Source: Atractiella rhizophila
Lineage: Eukaryota
Assembly (NCBI GenBank): GCA_021432655.1
Contig: MU271365.1
Coordinates: 1-64,000 of the forward strand
DNA length: 64,000 nucleotides
Direction of reading: 5' to 3'
The position numbers were made by a program, and so were the translations under genes. Shown one piece after another: positions 1 to 11,628 of this stretch (position 1 is its first letter; each line of letters begins with the position of its first letter). Under the pieces are notes generated by a model, which saw only the letters and a program-made list of their open reading frames with translations, was not told the DNA's origin and did not search any database.

Positions 1-837
1 AACAAGATCCAACCACATCCTCGCTCGCATCCCAAACGTCCTCCTCTCCCTTCTTTCAATAAACCTTTCTACGAAAGGCTCATTCCCTCCCTCTCCACGT
101 TGGAAACACAGGTCTCGCTCTCTTTACGTGTTTTTCCGTTGCATGAAGAGGGAGCTATAGCGACTTTACAGAAGTGGTTGAACGATCCTAGGGTGGATGA
201 GTTTTGGGGAGATTGGAGGGAGGATGAAGAGGCGAGGAGGACGTGGTTGCTTGAGCGATTCGAAGGTGGTGGAGGGAGGACGATACCTAGTTTGGGGGAG
301 TGGAAGGTTGGAGGAGTCGTTCCGGATGGGGAACAGGAAGGGAAGAAAGACGTGAAGGATAGGATGACTACCCAAGGGTGGTTCAGTTACTGTGCGTCTA
401 CATCTTCTCCTCATGGAAGAAAAAGAAATACTTACGCTTTCTTCGTGGAACTTGCAGTCGAAATTTATTGGGCTTTCGAAGACAAGTTGGCGCATCATCT
501 CTCCCTCCCTCCATCTCACCTCCCCATCTCTTACACTCCGCACCCATATGATCGAGGCCTGCACTTCCTTGTCGGCTCCTCTCTCTCCTCCCAACGTGGT
601 CCCCATCGCGTGAAAGCCTGGTTGACAAGCCTGTGTCATTACGTGTTCATGGCCGACTCTCGAACTGAGAGAGTCGTGTGCGATCCGGATCACAGGAATG
701 TGAAGATGATTCGGTACCTTGAGGATGTCGGATTCGAAAGTAAAGGGTTGTTGAGGATGGGAGAGGGGGAGGAGGCGAAGGTTGCAAATGTGGTCGTGTT
801 GGAGAGAGAGAAGTTTTGGAGGGTCGCTCAATTTTGA
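1..837 (+). CDS. Siderophore-biosynthesis N-acyltransferase (SidL/SidF/IucB-like GNAT), 5'-partial
   Basis: Frame open from base 1: HPKRPP..PFYERLIP, LQKWLNDPRVDEFWG, FSYFEIYWAFED (after splicing intron 392-457), YDRGLHFLVG, HYVFMADSRTERVVCDPDHRN. These motifs match hydroxyornithine acyltransferases. Confidence 0.85.
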   Translation, partial: NKIQPHPRSHPKRPPLPSFNKPFYERLIPSLSTLETQVSLSLRVFPLHEEGAIATLQKWLNDPRVDEFWGDWREDEEARRTWLLERFEGGGGRTIPSLGEWKVGGVVPDGEQEGKKDVKDRMTTQGWFSYCASTSSPHGRKRNTYAFFVELAVEIYWAFEDKLAHHLSLPPSHLPISYTPHPYDRGLHFLVGSSLSSQRGPHRVKAWLTSLCHYVFMADSRTERVVCDPDHRNVKMIRYLEDVGFESKGLLRMGEGEEAKVANVVVLEREKFWRVAQF

Positions 838-1093
838 ACATGAAGAAAGATAGAGGGATAACCAAGCGTTCAGAGGTGGAAAACGTGCAGTCTGCCCATT
901 ACCGAACAGAAATACTAAATATTGGATGTCAACAAACAATGATAACTCACTACTATACACTCCAATCTCTGATCTCGTAACCACTCTTCCTCCACTCCAA
1001 GGGACGCGAATCTCTCACCTCCTCACCATTCCAAAGGACCACAGGACCCTCAACAACCTTCCCATCCCTCCCCATCTTCCTCCTCCACTCCGT

Positions 1094-1712
1094 NNNNNNN
1101 NNNNNNNNNNNNNNNNNNNNNNNNNNNNNNNNNNNNNNNNNNNNNNNNNNNNNNNNNNNNNNNNNNNNNNNNNNNNNNNNNNNNNNNNNNNNNNNNNNNN
1201 NNNNNNNNNNNNNNNNNNNNNNNNNNNNNNNNNNNNNNNNNNNNNNNNNNNNNNNNNNNNNNNNNNNNNNNNNNNNNNNNNNNNNNNNNNNNNNNNNNNN
1301 NNNNNNNNNNNNNNNNNNNNNNNNNNNNNNNNNNNNNNNNNNNNNNNNNNNNNNNNNNNNNNNNNNNNNNNNNNNNNNNNNNNNNNNNNNNNNNNNNNNN
1401 NNNNNNNNNNNNNNNNNNNNNNNNNNNNNNNNNNNNNNNNNNNNNNNNNNNNNNNNNNNNNNNNNNNNNNNNNNNNNNNNNNNNNNNNNNNNNNNNNNNN
1501 NNNNNNNNNNNNNNNNNNNNNNNNNNNNNNNNNNNNNNNNNNNNNNNNNNNNNNNNNNNNNNNNNNNNNNNNNNNNNNNNNNNNNNNNNNNNNNNNNNNN
1601 NNNNNNNNNNNNNNNNNNNNNNNNNNNNNNNNNNNNNNNNNNNNNNNNNNNNNNNNNNNNNNNNNNNNNNNNNNNNNNNNNNNNNNNNNNNNNNNNNNNN
1701 NNNNNNNNNNNN
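1094..1712. other. Assembly gap (619 N)
   Basis: Run of N. Confidence 1.
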
Positions 1713-1912
1713 CAAGGTGCGAGTGAGGAAAGCATGGGACAGAGACTCGAAATGGGTCCCAAGGGCCACAGTGGACATGGGTGATCTTTAGTTGTTTTCT
1801 TAGTCCTTTCAGCTGAACTGTGGTGAGGACCCGACCCACAAGTAATTTTGGAATGAAAAGTCAACGTCCTGTTCAGGCAAACTTCCCAAATCGATTATTC
1901 CCAACCAGGAAA

Positions 1913-3471
1913 ATGTCGACATCAGCCACCAATAACGCAGCCAATGCGACTGCCCAGCTAGAGTCTGAGGGATTGGTCTTTAGCCATGTTAATCCTATGG
2001 ACGGGGATGTGGAGGAGGAAGGGAAGCCAGGGAAGGAACCGCCCAGCAGGAGGAGGATCGATATTGGTATGTTTCTCCTGCTTGTATGTCACAGCTAGGT
2101 GAGAAGAAGATAGGGCTGATATTTGCTCTGGTGTGCGTGTGAAGAGTATGTACAGGATAGGTCGAGGAGACACATCACGTTCTCGAAACGCAAAGCTGGG
2201 ATCATGAAGAAAGCATTCGAACTATCCGTCCTCACGGGGACCCAAGTTCTTCTCCTCATCGTATCGGAGAGCGGGACTGGTGTACACGTACTCGACTGAG
2301 AAAAACTACAACCTATCGTGGTCGAGAAAGAGGGGAAAGAGTTGATCCAGGTACGCCTCCTTGTTTCCTTTTCCATCCCCTTGTGTTTCTACGCTTCCTA
2401 TAGCCTAGCTAACACCCCACTCTCATTGCGGGTTGGATGGAAACAGAGATGTCTAACGGCTCCAAACCCAGAAGAACCAACCGAAAGCTGGCCACCCGCT
2501 CCCGTGGACCCATCTACACTCCCTCTCCCATCTGCTCCACCAGACCTCCCAATCCCAAGTGCCACCGACAAGAGGAGGGAAGAAGGACGCGTTCCTTCGA
2601 CACTACAACCCGCCATCGAACCTCTCGGGTAATTATCCTAGGAACTATGGGAGCGAGACTATCGATCCCGAGGAATCGAGTGCCCGGCAGCACTGGAGGC
2701 CAGATCGATCCCAGGAATTTTGTGCCGCCGGAACAGATGCAGTTGCATTCTCTTCCAGGCGTTGGCGGTTGGCATTGGCATGGGAGGATAGGTAGAGATG
2801 GACGATGGTGGTGAAGACGGAGAGATGGAGGGACACGTGGGAGGGATGGAAGGGATGGAGGGGAGGGAGACATTCCGGTCGCGGTGGGAGGGAATGCGGA
2901 TGAAGTGGGAGGGATGGGAGGAGAAGTGCCGGACGTGAACGTGATCCAGCGAGCACTTCAAACTCAGACTCAGATGCATACTCAAGGTCGTCGTCCTCCA
3001 CCACCGAAGGCGAATCAAGTCCGACCTCGACAAACTCAGCCGCAGACCCAAGCTGCCCATGCCAGTAGCATGGCCGCTTCAATCGATCCTTCCCTCCAAA
3101 ATATCTCCCTTCCGTACCCTCAACAACATCAACAGCCAATGACAACAACGACTCAGCAGCAACAGACCGCGCCGAGGAAACCCGGAAGACCTCGAAAAGA
3201 ACGCGGCGCCACTCCATCCCGCTGAATCCGTCGTGGACTTTGACGTCGGTCTCGCTTCCTCTGGACTCGAAGGTAATGCTGGGGGAGGAGGTGGGGTGGA
3301 AGTGGCGGAGGGAAGAGGAAGATGGACGGTCTGGGATTCGAGGATGGAGATGTGGATGGAAGTGTGCAGGGGAAGGAGAAGAGACAGAGAGAGGAGCTGA
3401 TCGACAGCTTGCAACCGGGTGGCTTGACACCTCAAGGGTTCGGTGGACTGGAAGGCATGGAGCAACAGTGA
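1913..3471 (+). CDS. MCM1: SRF/MCM1-type MADS-box transcription factor; frameshifted in this consensus, 3' end approximate
   Basis: Spliced reading RRRIDIEYVQDRSRRHITFSKRKAGIMKKAFELSVLTGTQVLLLIVSESG, then LVYTYSTEK in a shifted frame, then LQPIVVEKEGKELIQ|RCLTAP. Q-rich C-terminal region with RKPGRPRK. Confidence 0.85.
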
Positions 3472-3924
3472 TTGTTTTCCCGTCCATTCCGTCTTTTCTC
3501 CTTCCCGACCCGACCTCAGACTCGGGATGTTGATCTACCATCTGCTGGTTCTTTAATTTGGGAAGAAAGTTGTGCTTTTTTAAGCTTTGTATCTTTTCGC
3601 TCAGTGTGTGCCAAGCTGTCTGGAATGAATGCTTAACCGATGTTACGGAGGATTTTGCGGTATGGGTCAAGGAAAGTTTGTGGGGATACAGAAGTCCGAT
3701 GAGGTAAGGTGACAAAATCGATAAGGATTGAAGGGAAATAGAGCGTGTCCTTGTCATGTTTGGTCTGCGCATGGTCGGAGTGGATAACTGAAGCACAGGC
3801 AGTGCAGTCTCCCCATTCCGTTCCAAAAAAACCAACACTCTCCTCTCCTCCGCCTCGCTCTTTGCTTGCTTTTGCTAACACTTTCTGCCTCGAAAGCACC
3901 AAGGCCCAGTCGACTGAGGCGCCT

Positions 3925-3931
3925 TATAAAA
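3925..3931 (+). promoter_or_regulatory. TATA box candidate for the permease gene
   Basis: TATAAAA about 350 bp upstream of the permease ATG, followed by a pyrimidine-rich leader. Confidence 0.4.
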
Positions 3932-4279
3932 TAAAAGCCAAGAGAAAGGATGGATCGGCAGCCCTTCGACGGCGACCGTGACGGATATTACGGGGGATAC
4001 CCATGAACATCAACACCTTTATTCTCGACCGGAGACCGTCTCTCCCACGTCCCTTGCCTTCCAATTCGCCACTCACAAACCTCGTACACAACGTCCGAAA
4101 CTCGCAACAGCTCCAACCATCGCCCTCCTCCAAATCCGCTGCCTTACTCTTCTTATCCTTCCACGTCCACTGCTCCTGCCTTTCACCTTCCTGTACGAGA
4201 ATCCCTGCCTCCGTTCCACCAGTATGTCCCTTCGGGATCAAATTCAGCTTCGGATTCATCGAGAGATGCAACCCCAATC

Positions 4280-7070
4280 ATGTCCCAGCTCAACGCGCCG
4301 CCAGTATTCAACTGGACGCAGACACCTCGAGCAGAAGAGGAGTCGATGGGCTATCGCTCCACTGACGCTCTCCTCAGTGCGGACGAGGTGTCGAACCTGC
4401 ACAATTCAAAGTCAGAAAAGAGCTCGTTCGCTCCCACTCCTTCGTTGAGCGGCCAGACGAGTCGGAGCGGGGACGAGTATCCTGATACGTATCCGACGTA
4501 CGATGGGCCGTCTACTTCGTTGCTTGTGCAGGAGGAGGAGAAGAAACGTCCAAATCATATTCAGCGAACTCTCAGTAGGGCTCATGCGCCGTTGAAAGGC
4601 ATGTTGTTCCCCAAGGGAAGAGCACGGTGGTCGTATGGTGCTGTACAGGAGGAGGAGGAGGAAGAACACGAGGCGGATAGACGGACCGAACATGAGGAGG
4701 GTGATGATAGGGATGACGCTTCGACTCTGCTGTTGCACCAGTCGAGCGTGCAGAAGACGAAGAAGTGGACGGAGGATAATGTAGCCAGGATCAAGACTGG
4801 TTTAAAGAGTGGACTGGAGAATAGACACATAGTCATGATGGTCCGTCCTTCCTCCCCTCTGTCCTTCATTGCCGTTGAGTGCTGGAAACGTGGAATAGGC
4901 CATAGGTGGTGTAATAGGCACAGGTCTCTTCCTCGGCAGCGCCGTCTCCCTCCAAACCGGCGGCCCACTTGGGATCCTTCTCGCATACACGATATTGGGG
5001 ACAGTACTTTACTGTCAAATGATATCAATGGGCGAAATGATTTCCCATCTGCCAGTTGTCGGGGGCCAAATATCTCTGGCGGCGCGATTCGGCGACCCAG
5101 CCTTCTCCTTTGCCCTAGGATGGGCATATTGCTTCACATACCTCTTCCTCTTACCCGCTGAACTGTCCGCCGCCGCCGTGCTTGTTGGTTATTGGAATAA
5201 AACGATCTCGAATGCAGTATGGGTCACCATCTTCTTGACCGTAGTTTCCATCATCAATGGTTTCGGAGCTCGTTCGTATGGAGAGCTCGAGTTTTGGTTC
5301 AGCGTGAGTTGGCTCATCCGATCTTAAAACCAAGTGGCTGATGGGGTACTTAGTCAATAAAAGTAATTACCATTATAGGGTACTTCATTCCCTTTCTCTT
5401 TACTTTGTTTCTGATGGGAGGGACAGCCTTATAATAGTCGGGATAATCATCAGTGCTGGAGGTGGACCGACTGGAGAGACAATTGGCTTCAAATACTGGC
5501 GTTCGTTTCTCTTTCCCTCCTCCCCGTCCCTGACGAACCTTTGGTCGAAACAGGCGACCCCGGCCCCTTCGTCCAAGTACTCGGCATCCCAGGTGCTCTC
5601 GGTCGATTCCTAGGATTCTGGAGTGTCCTCATCCAAGCTACATTCGCCTTCATTGGCGCAGAAATCATTGGAATCGCTGCTGCAGAGGCAAAGGTCCGTA
5701 TAGTAGCGACTGTACACGAACTTTTTGAGAGCTGATGATGAACCGCTGTGAGTAGAATCCGAGAAAGTCAATCCCGGCCGCGATTAAGAGCGTTTTTTAT
5801 CGAGTTCTCATCTTCTATATCGTCGGGGTCTTCATCATTGGCATACTTGTCTCTTCGAAAGATCCAAGGCTCAATAATGCCAGAGCTTCTTTGCAGAAGA
5901 CAGCTGAGGTATCACCTTTCGTCATTGCAATAGAGAAGGTGCGACCAACCCTTCGTTTTCAATTCCCCTTGAAGCCTAACGACTGAACGTGCTGTAGGCG
6001 GGAATCAAATCGCTTCCTGGAGTCATAAATGCCGCCATTCTCACCTCCGCCCTCAGGTCAGTATCTCACCAATCTGCCTTCTTCAGAAAATAACAGTGTT
6101 GATCCATCGGCACAGTTGTGCAAGTTCCAACATGTTTGTGTCGTCCCGAGTACTCTTTGGCATGTCAATAACCGGTATATCTACTACCTCCATCTCTCAT
6201 ACGGCGAAGGTACTGATGACTTGCGTTTACAGGAACCGCCCCAAAGTTCTTCCTGTCCACTACTTCTTACGGTCTGCCTTGGAAGACGTGGATAGTATCG
6301 ATCCTGTTCGGATTGCTGGCGTACACATCCGCAGGCTCTCAGTCAGCAGCTGAGGTTGGTTTGTTTTGCATCGGGATACAAGAGGATGCTAACCAGGAGT
6401 AGACTTTCGGCTACTTCACGACTCTCTCTTCAATAGGCTGGCTTATCTCTTGGGGTGGTATCTGTGTCACATATCTGCGGTACGCTTTCAAACTCTTTCG
6501 AGAAATGGGATCTCAAATGACAGAAATGCACGCTAGTTGGTACTATGGATGCAAAGCCCAAGGAATCGATCGTCGACGCTTCCCCTTCTACGCTCCGTTC
6601 CAACCCTATGCCGCTTGGTGGGCAATCAGTAAGCGCCTCTTCTTTCACCGTCCCAACCCGCCGTTGATTTGGCTGCCTCAACTTAGTGTGGGTCGTCCTC
6701 ATCTTGATTTTCTCCGGCTGGCGAGTTTTCCTGAAGGGACACTTCAAAACCTGTCAGTGATTCCTTGTCAGGACGTTTAATGCTGAATCTAGGCTTCAAG
6801 CGACATTCATAACCTCTTACGCTCCCATAATTCTTTTTACGCTCCTCTACGTTGGTTACAAGGTTCGATTCAAGACCCGTTGGGTGAGAGCAGAGGATAT
6901 GGATTGTACGCTCGTTTCTTTTTCTCATGATGGAGCTCGAACACAAACGAAATCTTTGGGACGCAGTCAATACGGGTGCAGCGGAAGTCATCGTGAAAGA
7001 GAAAAAGCCAATAGGGTCGAAGGAACCCTGGTATATGATGCTGGCTCCTCTAAGGAGAGTGCTTTTCTAG
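4280..7070 (+). CDS. Amino-acid permease (APC superfamily, YAT family), multi-exon
   Basis: LENRHIVMM|AIGGVIGTGLFLGS, GEMISHLPV, GARSYGELEFWFS, FAFIGAEIIGIAAAEAK, SSNMFVSSRVLFGM, FQPYAAW; stop TAG at 7068-7070. Confidence 0.93.
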
Positions 7071-7407
7071 ATGAGGCCATGGACATTGCTTAGAGCTTTC
7101 TTTATGCGAGATTTAAGTCGAATTGGACTAATTCACGATGGTGCTACTGATTTCCCCCTCGACGAGGGACTCCCAGTGACAATATTGAACCCTTGTTCGC
7201 TTTGCATCACATTTAAGAAAGTTAATGTAGTTTAATCTACCGTTTTGCGTTTACATCGTCTTGTAGTATTGTACATACATATTTGCTTGATACCAACCAA
7301 GGTCTAGTAGTAGCCACGAGCTGTCAGGAAGGAGGGTGATTTAATCTTGACTGCACAGTTCATTGTAGAGCATGCTCGGATAACGGAATACATTCCATAA
7401 TGAGAAC

Positions 7408-9444
7408 TCAACCCTGTAAGCTAGCTTGGTATTCTATCCCAAGCCATAAATCAGCACCTCCTTCACAGGTTGATAATTGATGAAACCTCACGTTCAGCTT
7501 GGATGATAGTATTAACATTGGCCATAAGTTTATTAATAGTCTCCTCAAACTCCTCTTCCTCCACACTGTCGTAAACAATCCCTCCTCCAGCTTGGAAGTA
7601 GACAGTTCCATTGAGGAAGACCATCGTCCGAATGGCGATGCAAGTGTCCAATGAATTCCGCGAGAAGTTGAAGTTGCCCACAGCTCCCGCATATACTCCC
7701 CGAGTCTCTCCCTCCAACTCTCCAATCAACTGCATTGCTCGTATCTTTGGTGCACCAGATACTGTTCCAGCAGGAAAGATGGATCTGAATGCATCAAAAC
7801 TATACCCAGATATAGATGGTAGTGAGACAGCTGCATCAAATTGGGAAATGAGCAATAGTAGGAACGCACCGAGATTGTCCCTCTCGCAAACGTCCAGAAA
7901 CCTGACTTGTGAGATGAATGACATGACTGAATTGTTGGACCTGCATCAAGAAATCCACCTTAACGGTGGCAGGGTCACAGACGCGATTCACGTCGTTCCT
8001 AGCAAGGTCGACGAGCATGACATGTTCGGCTTTATCCTTCGTCGACTCAGCAAGCTTTTTGGACAGCTCTACGTCCTCTGTTCCAAGCAAAGGTTTGATC
8101 AGCTCTACTCCATGAAGGTATGGATAAGCCGTGGAGGGAGGAAAGGCGAACCGGCTGCGTCTTTTCCACGCCGAATCGTGCCTGCGATGGCATGGCACTC
8201 CACCAAGCCATCTTCTACCTTAACGAGACATTCTGGAGATGCGCCCACGAGTCTCAGGTCGCGGCCGCAATCGACATAAAACATATATGGCGAAGGATTG
8301 AAGGAGCGAAGTTGTCTATCCTCATTAGAGTGAGCAATAGAGATAGCGGGGAGGTTAGACAAGTGGAAAGAACGAACCGATAAGCATTGAAGGGATGCAG
8401 GTCAGTCTTTCTTTTCAGCCTTTGACTAGGGACGGCTTGGATGATATCTCCCTGCGTGATCCTTTTCTTCAATTCCGTCACGAATCGACAATAACCCGAC
8501 TTCCCCACATTGCTTTCGCCTCGATTATCGGAAGGCACGATCTTTTCTTGCGGAGGTGAAGGGATTGGATCGTTGGAAAGTAGGAGGGAGACGATATTGG
8601 TGATCTTCGCACAAGCCTGTGAATAGCTTTTCCTGATCTCTGATTCTTTGGAGGAAGAGGCATATGCGGAAAGATGAACGTGAGAGACGACTTTGACCGT
8701 TTGGAAGACGTGATCGAAGATGATGATTGTGTCACAGATCATCAATACCGCCTCTGGAATCTTCAGAACGTCCCGTAACGGCTTTGTTTGCGTTCGAGGC
8801 TCAAAGTGGCGGATGCAATCGTAGCCAATGTATCCAATCGCTCCTCCTGCAATGTCACGATCAGCAGAGAAATCAAATTATTATTGGAGTTGAACAACCT
8901 GTGAATGAAGGCAGTTTGTGTCCGGGAACTTCGACATATCTGTACTCCGAGAGTAGGAATTCGAGATGGGCAAGAGGATCTCCTTGGGCCTCCTCTCGAT
9001 TCCCAGTCCGCAAAACCTTTATGGGATCTTTCGCCACATCGTGAGCAAAATAACCAAGCGCACAATCGAGGAAATCTCACCTGCGCCAACGAATGAATAC
9101 CTTGCAACTCCTGCTGCGCCGAGCACACTCTCTAGCAAGAAGCTTTCGCCAACCCTGCATCCATTCGTAATTTTGAGATAAGCAGCCGTTGGCGTGAGCA
9201 GGTCGCCTGGTAAGGTGGCATAGATGGGGACGAGGTTCCCCTGATCGGAGTGTAATAGTTGAGATACCTCCCAGAAGGAGGGTTCGATCTGGACCGAGGA
9301 GGTTGGAGGATACATGGTGTTTCCGGCTTGTGGCTGGGAGTGAGATGGGGCGAAATTTGAGGAGGATGGAGAGGGGAGTGGGGAGGGGCTACGAATGCCA
9401 GGGTTGTTGTTGGCTCCGAGCATAGCGGAAGTCATGGAACTCAT
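7408..9444 (-). CDS. TRP2: Anthranilate synthase component I
   Basis: [92 protein letters not shown]. Confidence 0.96.
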
Positions 9445-9696
9445 CGTGGACTTTATGCGATTGGCGCCCGGCTGTGGAGACAGCAAGATGGTCGACAAGT
9501 CAATGTCAAAGGAAGAATGATCGAAGTCAGCAATATTCACTCACGTGCCCCATTACCGACTGTTTCTTTGCAGCTGGTGAGGTTCTCATGATGAATACTT
9601 CTCGGCCTTCAGTACGTCTTCAGTTGCACGACAAGGTGTAATACAAGAAGGGCTCTGGAGAATGGGTGTGGAATTAGGAAGTACAATAACACTAAA

Positions 9697-11226
9697 CTAC
9701 TTTTGAGTCTTGAGGCCCTTCTTCCACTGCTCCCTCCTCTCATTAGCGGCCTTCATCCTGTCCTCCACCACGTTTTCTGCCCTCGTGCCACCCTGGAGCC
9801 TTTCTATTTTCTGTCGCTCCAACTCCCGATAAAAGTCCACCTTCTCCTGCTCGTTCTGTTGTTCTCGGTTCAGGATCTTCTTGCCCTGTTTCTCCGCCTG
9901 CTTCCTCACCCGATCTTCCATCATCTCTGAAACCATCTCCCTCAGCGACCGCGGCTCGATGTACCCCGGCTCTCCCGGTTTCGGACCTGGAACAGGCTTT
10001 GGGATGTCAAAGTAACGACGGACAGCGGGAGTGCGGAACGCCATGGCTTGAAAGAAGGAGTAAAGGTTGTTCACACAGAAATAGTATGTTACGGCCTTTA
10101 TATGCAATGTTAGAAGACTCTACTTTATCCGAGTGAATTGAAGCATACGGCTGGGAAGTATGCGACCCAAAACCCTGATGCGCAGATCAGGAAGGTCATG
10201 AACCTCATAACGCCTTGTTGTGATGCTGGAGGCTTAGCACCTGTGCTGAACTCGCTCGTTCCGGTCTATGACGGCAGGTCTTAGCTCGCTCCTTGAAAAC
10301 TCTGAAACGGGAAGAACCACCCACCCAAATAGTGACCAAAGTGGTGCCCAGTCCAATCACTGGTAGAGCGAATGTGGGATCGTAGACCGTCAGATCCGTA
10401 AACCAGGCCGCTCCCTGTGTGACCATGCTTGGGAGTGTGCATTCGGCCAGTCCTTTGAGTCCGAAAAAGATGGGGATGGCGACGGCAGCCTGCATGAATG
10501 GCGCCTTCATGCTTTTGAGAGGATGGACATCGTTCCTCTTGAACCAAAACACCAATTCGCGCTGCTTCGTCTGCACCAGTTGAGGGTCGTTCAGCAGCTG
10601 AGCGTCCTTGATTGCGTTCGAATACTTTGTCATTTCTGGATTCAGTCGTTGCAATCGAATCGTATTTCGAAGCCCTGTGGCGACAGTCGGGACGAGGAGA
10701 AGACGGTAGGAGATGACGAAGAGAGGGATGGTGTATAGCCATGGCAGGTGCGTGAAGTCGTGGAGATGGCAGAAGATCTTTTGCATCCATGAGACAAGCA
10801 ACGTATGGTCGGGATTGATGGCTGCGAGCTCTTGGACGGCGCTCGAGAATGTGGATATCGAGTTTGAAGCAGCTTCAGTTAGTGGTTCTGAAGGAATGAC
10901 GGCGTCTGAAGCAGGAGAAGGAGTTACTTCAGCGGCTTCGAGGACGGGCTCTGGTGCTGGAGATGGTGGTGAAGATGCTGCAAGAGGTTCAACTTGCGCT
11001 GGAGGTGGGGGAGGAGCTGTCTTTGGAGCTGAAGAGCCGAAAGGCCAAAGAGAGATGTTCCTCTGTTGAGGAAACGAAGCCTGGCTCCATGTCGGGACGG
11101 CAGCTCGTGCAAAGACGACAGGCCGTGTGCTTTCGCGAGGTCTTCACCCAGTCCACGGAATGAAGTAGATACTCACCTTCGTGCCGACAAACGTAACAAA
11201 CCCCTTGTCCCCGTACGAACCAGCAT
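9697..11226 (-). CDS. OXA1: Mitochondrial inner-membrane insertase Oxa1 (YidC/Oxa1 family)
   Basis: Arg-rich presequence MLVRTGTRGLLRLSAR; LPWLYTI..YRLLLVP, HPLKSMKAPFMQ, GAAWFTDLTVYDPTFALP; charged C-terminal tail. Confidence 0.9.
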
Positions 11227-11628
11227 TGCACCTCAAATAACCTTCAAAGTAAGCACCTAAGCACCTCCAGCTACTCTCGTGGCAGAAAAATGTTACCCGT
11301 GTTGTAGTTTCTGATTAGGCTACGGCTAAGTGAGACGCTAAGGACTCGAGAGGGACAGAACGCGTACACTGTCCAAAAACAACCAACGCGCCCAGGAGTT
11401 ATACCACATAAACCTACATCTTCTCGTATCTGTTAGTGGTTTGGTCAGTGGTTTAGTAAGTGCTGTGTTAAGGAGTATCGTAAAATATGGGTAAAACTAC
11501 ATGTTCGTATTCTCATCTGGCTATCAAGGGCAACATCACGAATCCACTCTGTAGCATCGTCACAAACGAAGTTACGCTTCCCAAAAGCCATTAAATGTGA
11601 TAATACTCCTCCCATCAAGTCATCCAAA

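Noticed and set aside
826..837. C-terminal AQF as a peroxisomal PTS1
   Set aside because: Poor match to the PTS1 consensus; appears to be the ordinary family C-terminus.
926..1864. ORFs spanning the N-run
   Set aside because: Artefacts of translating Ns.
2297..2299. In-frame TGA in the MADS box as readthrough or selenocysteine
   Set aside because: The conserved residues are encoded in another frame between two homopolymer indels, so frameshift error explains it.
2645..3838. 397-aa minus-strand ORF
   Set aside because: Antisense shadow of the purine-rich MADS gene tail; no recognisable motif.
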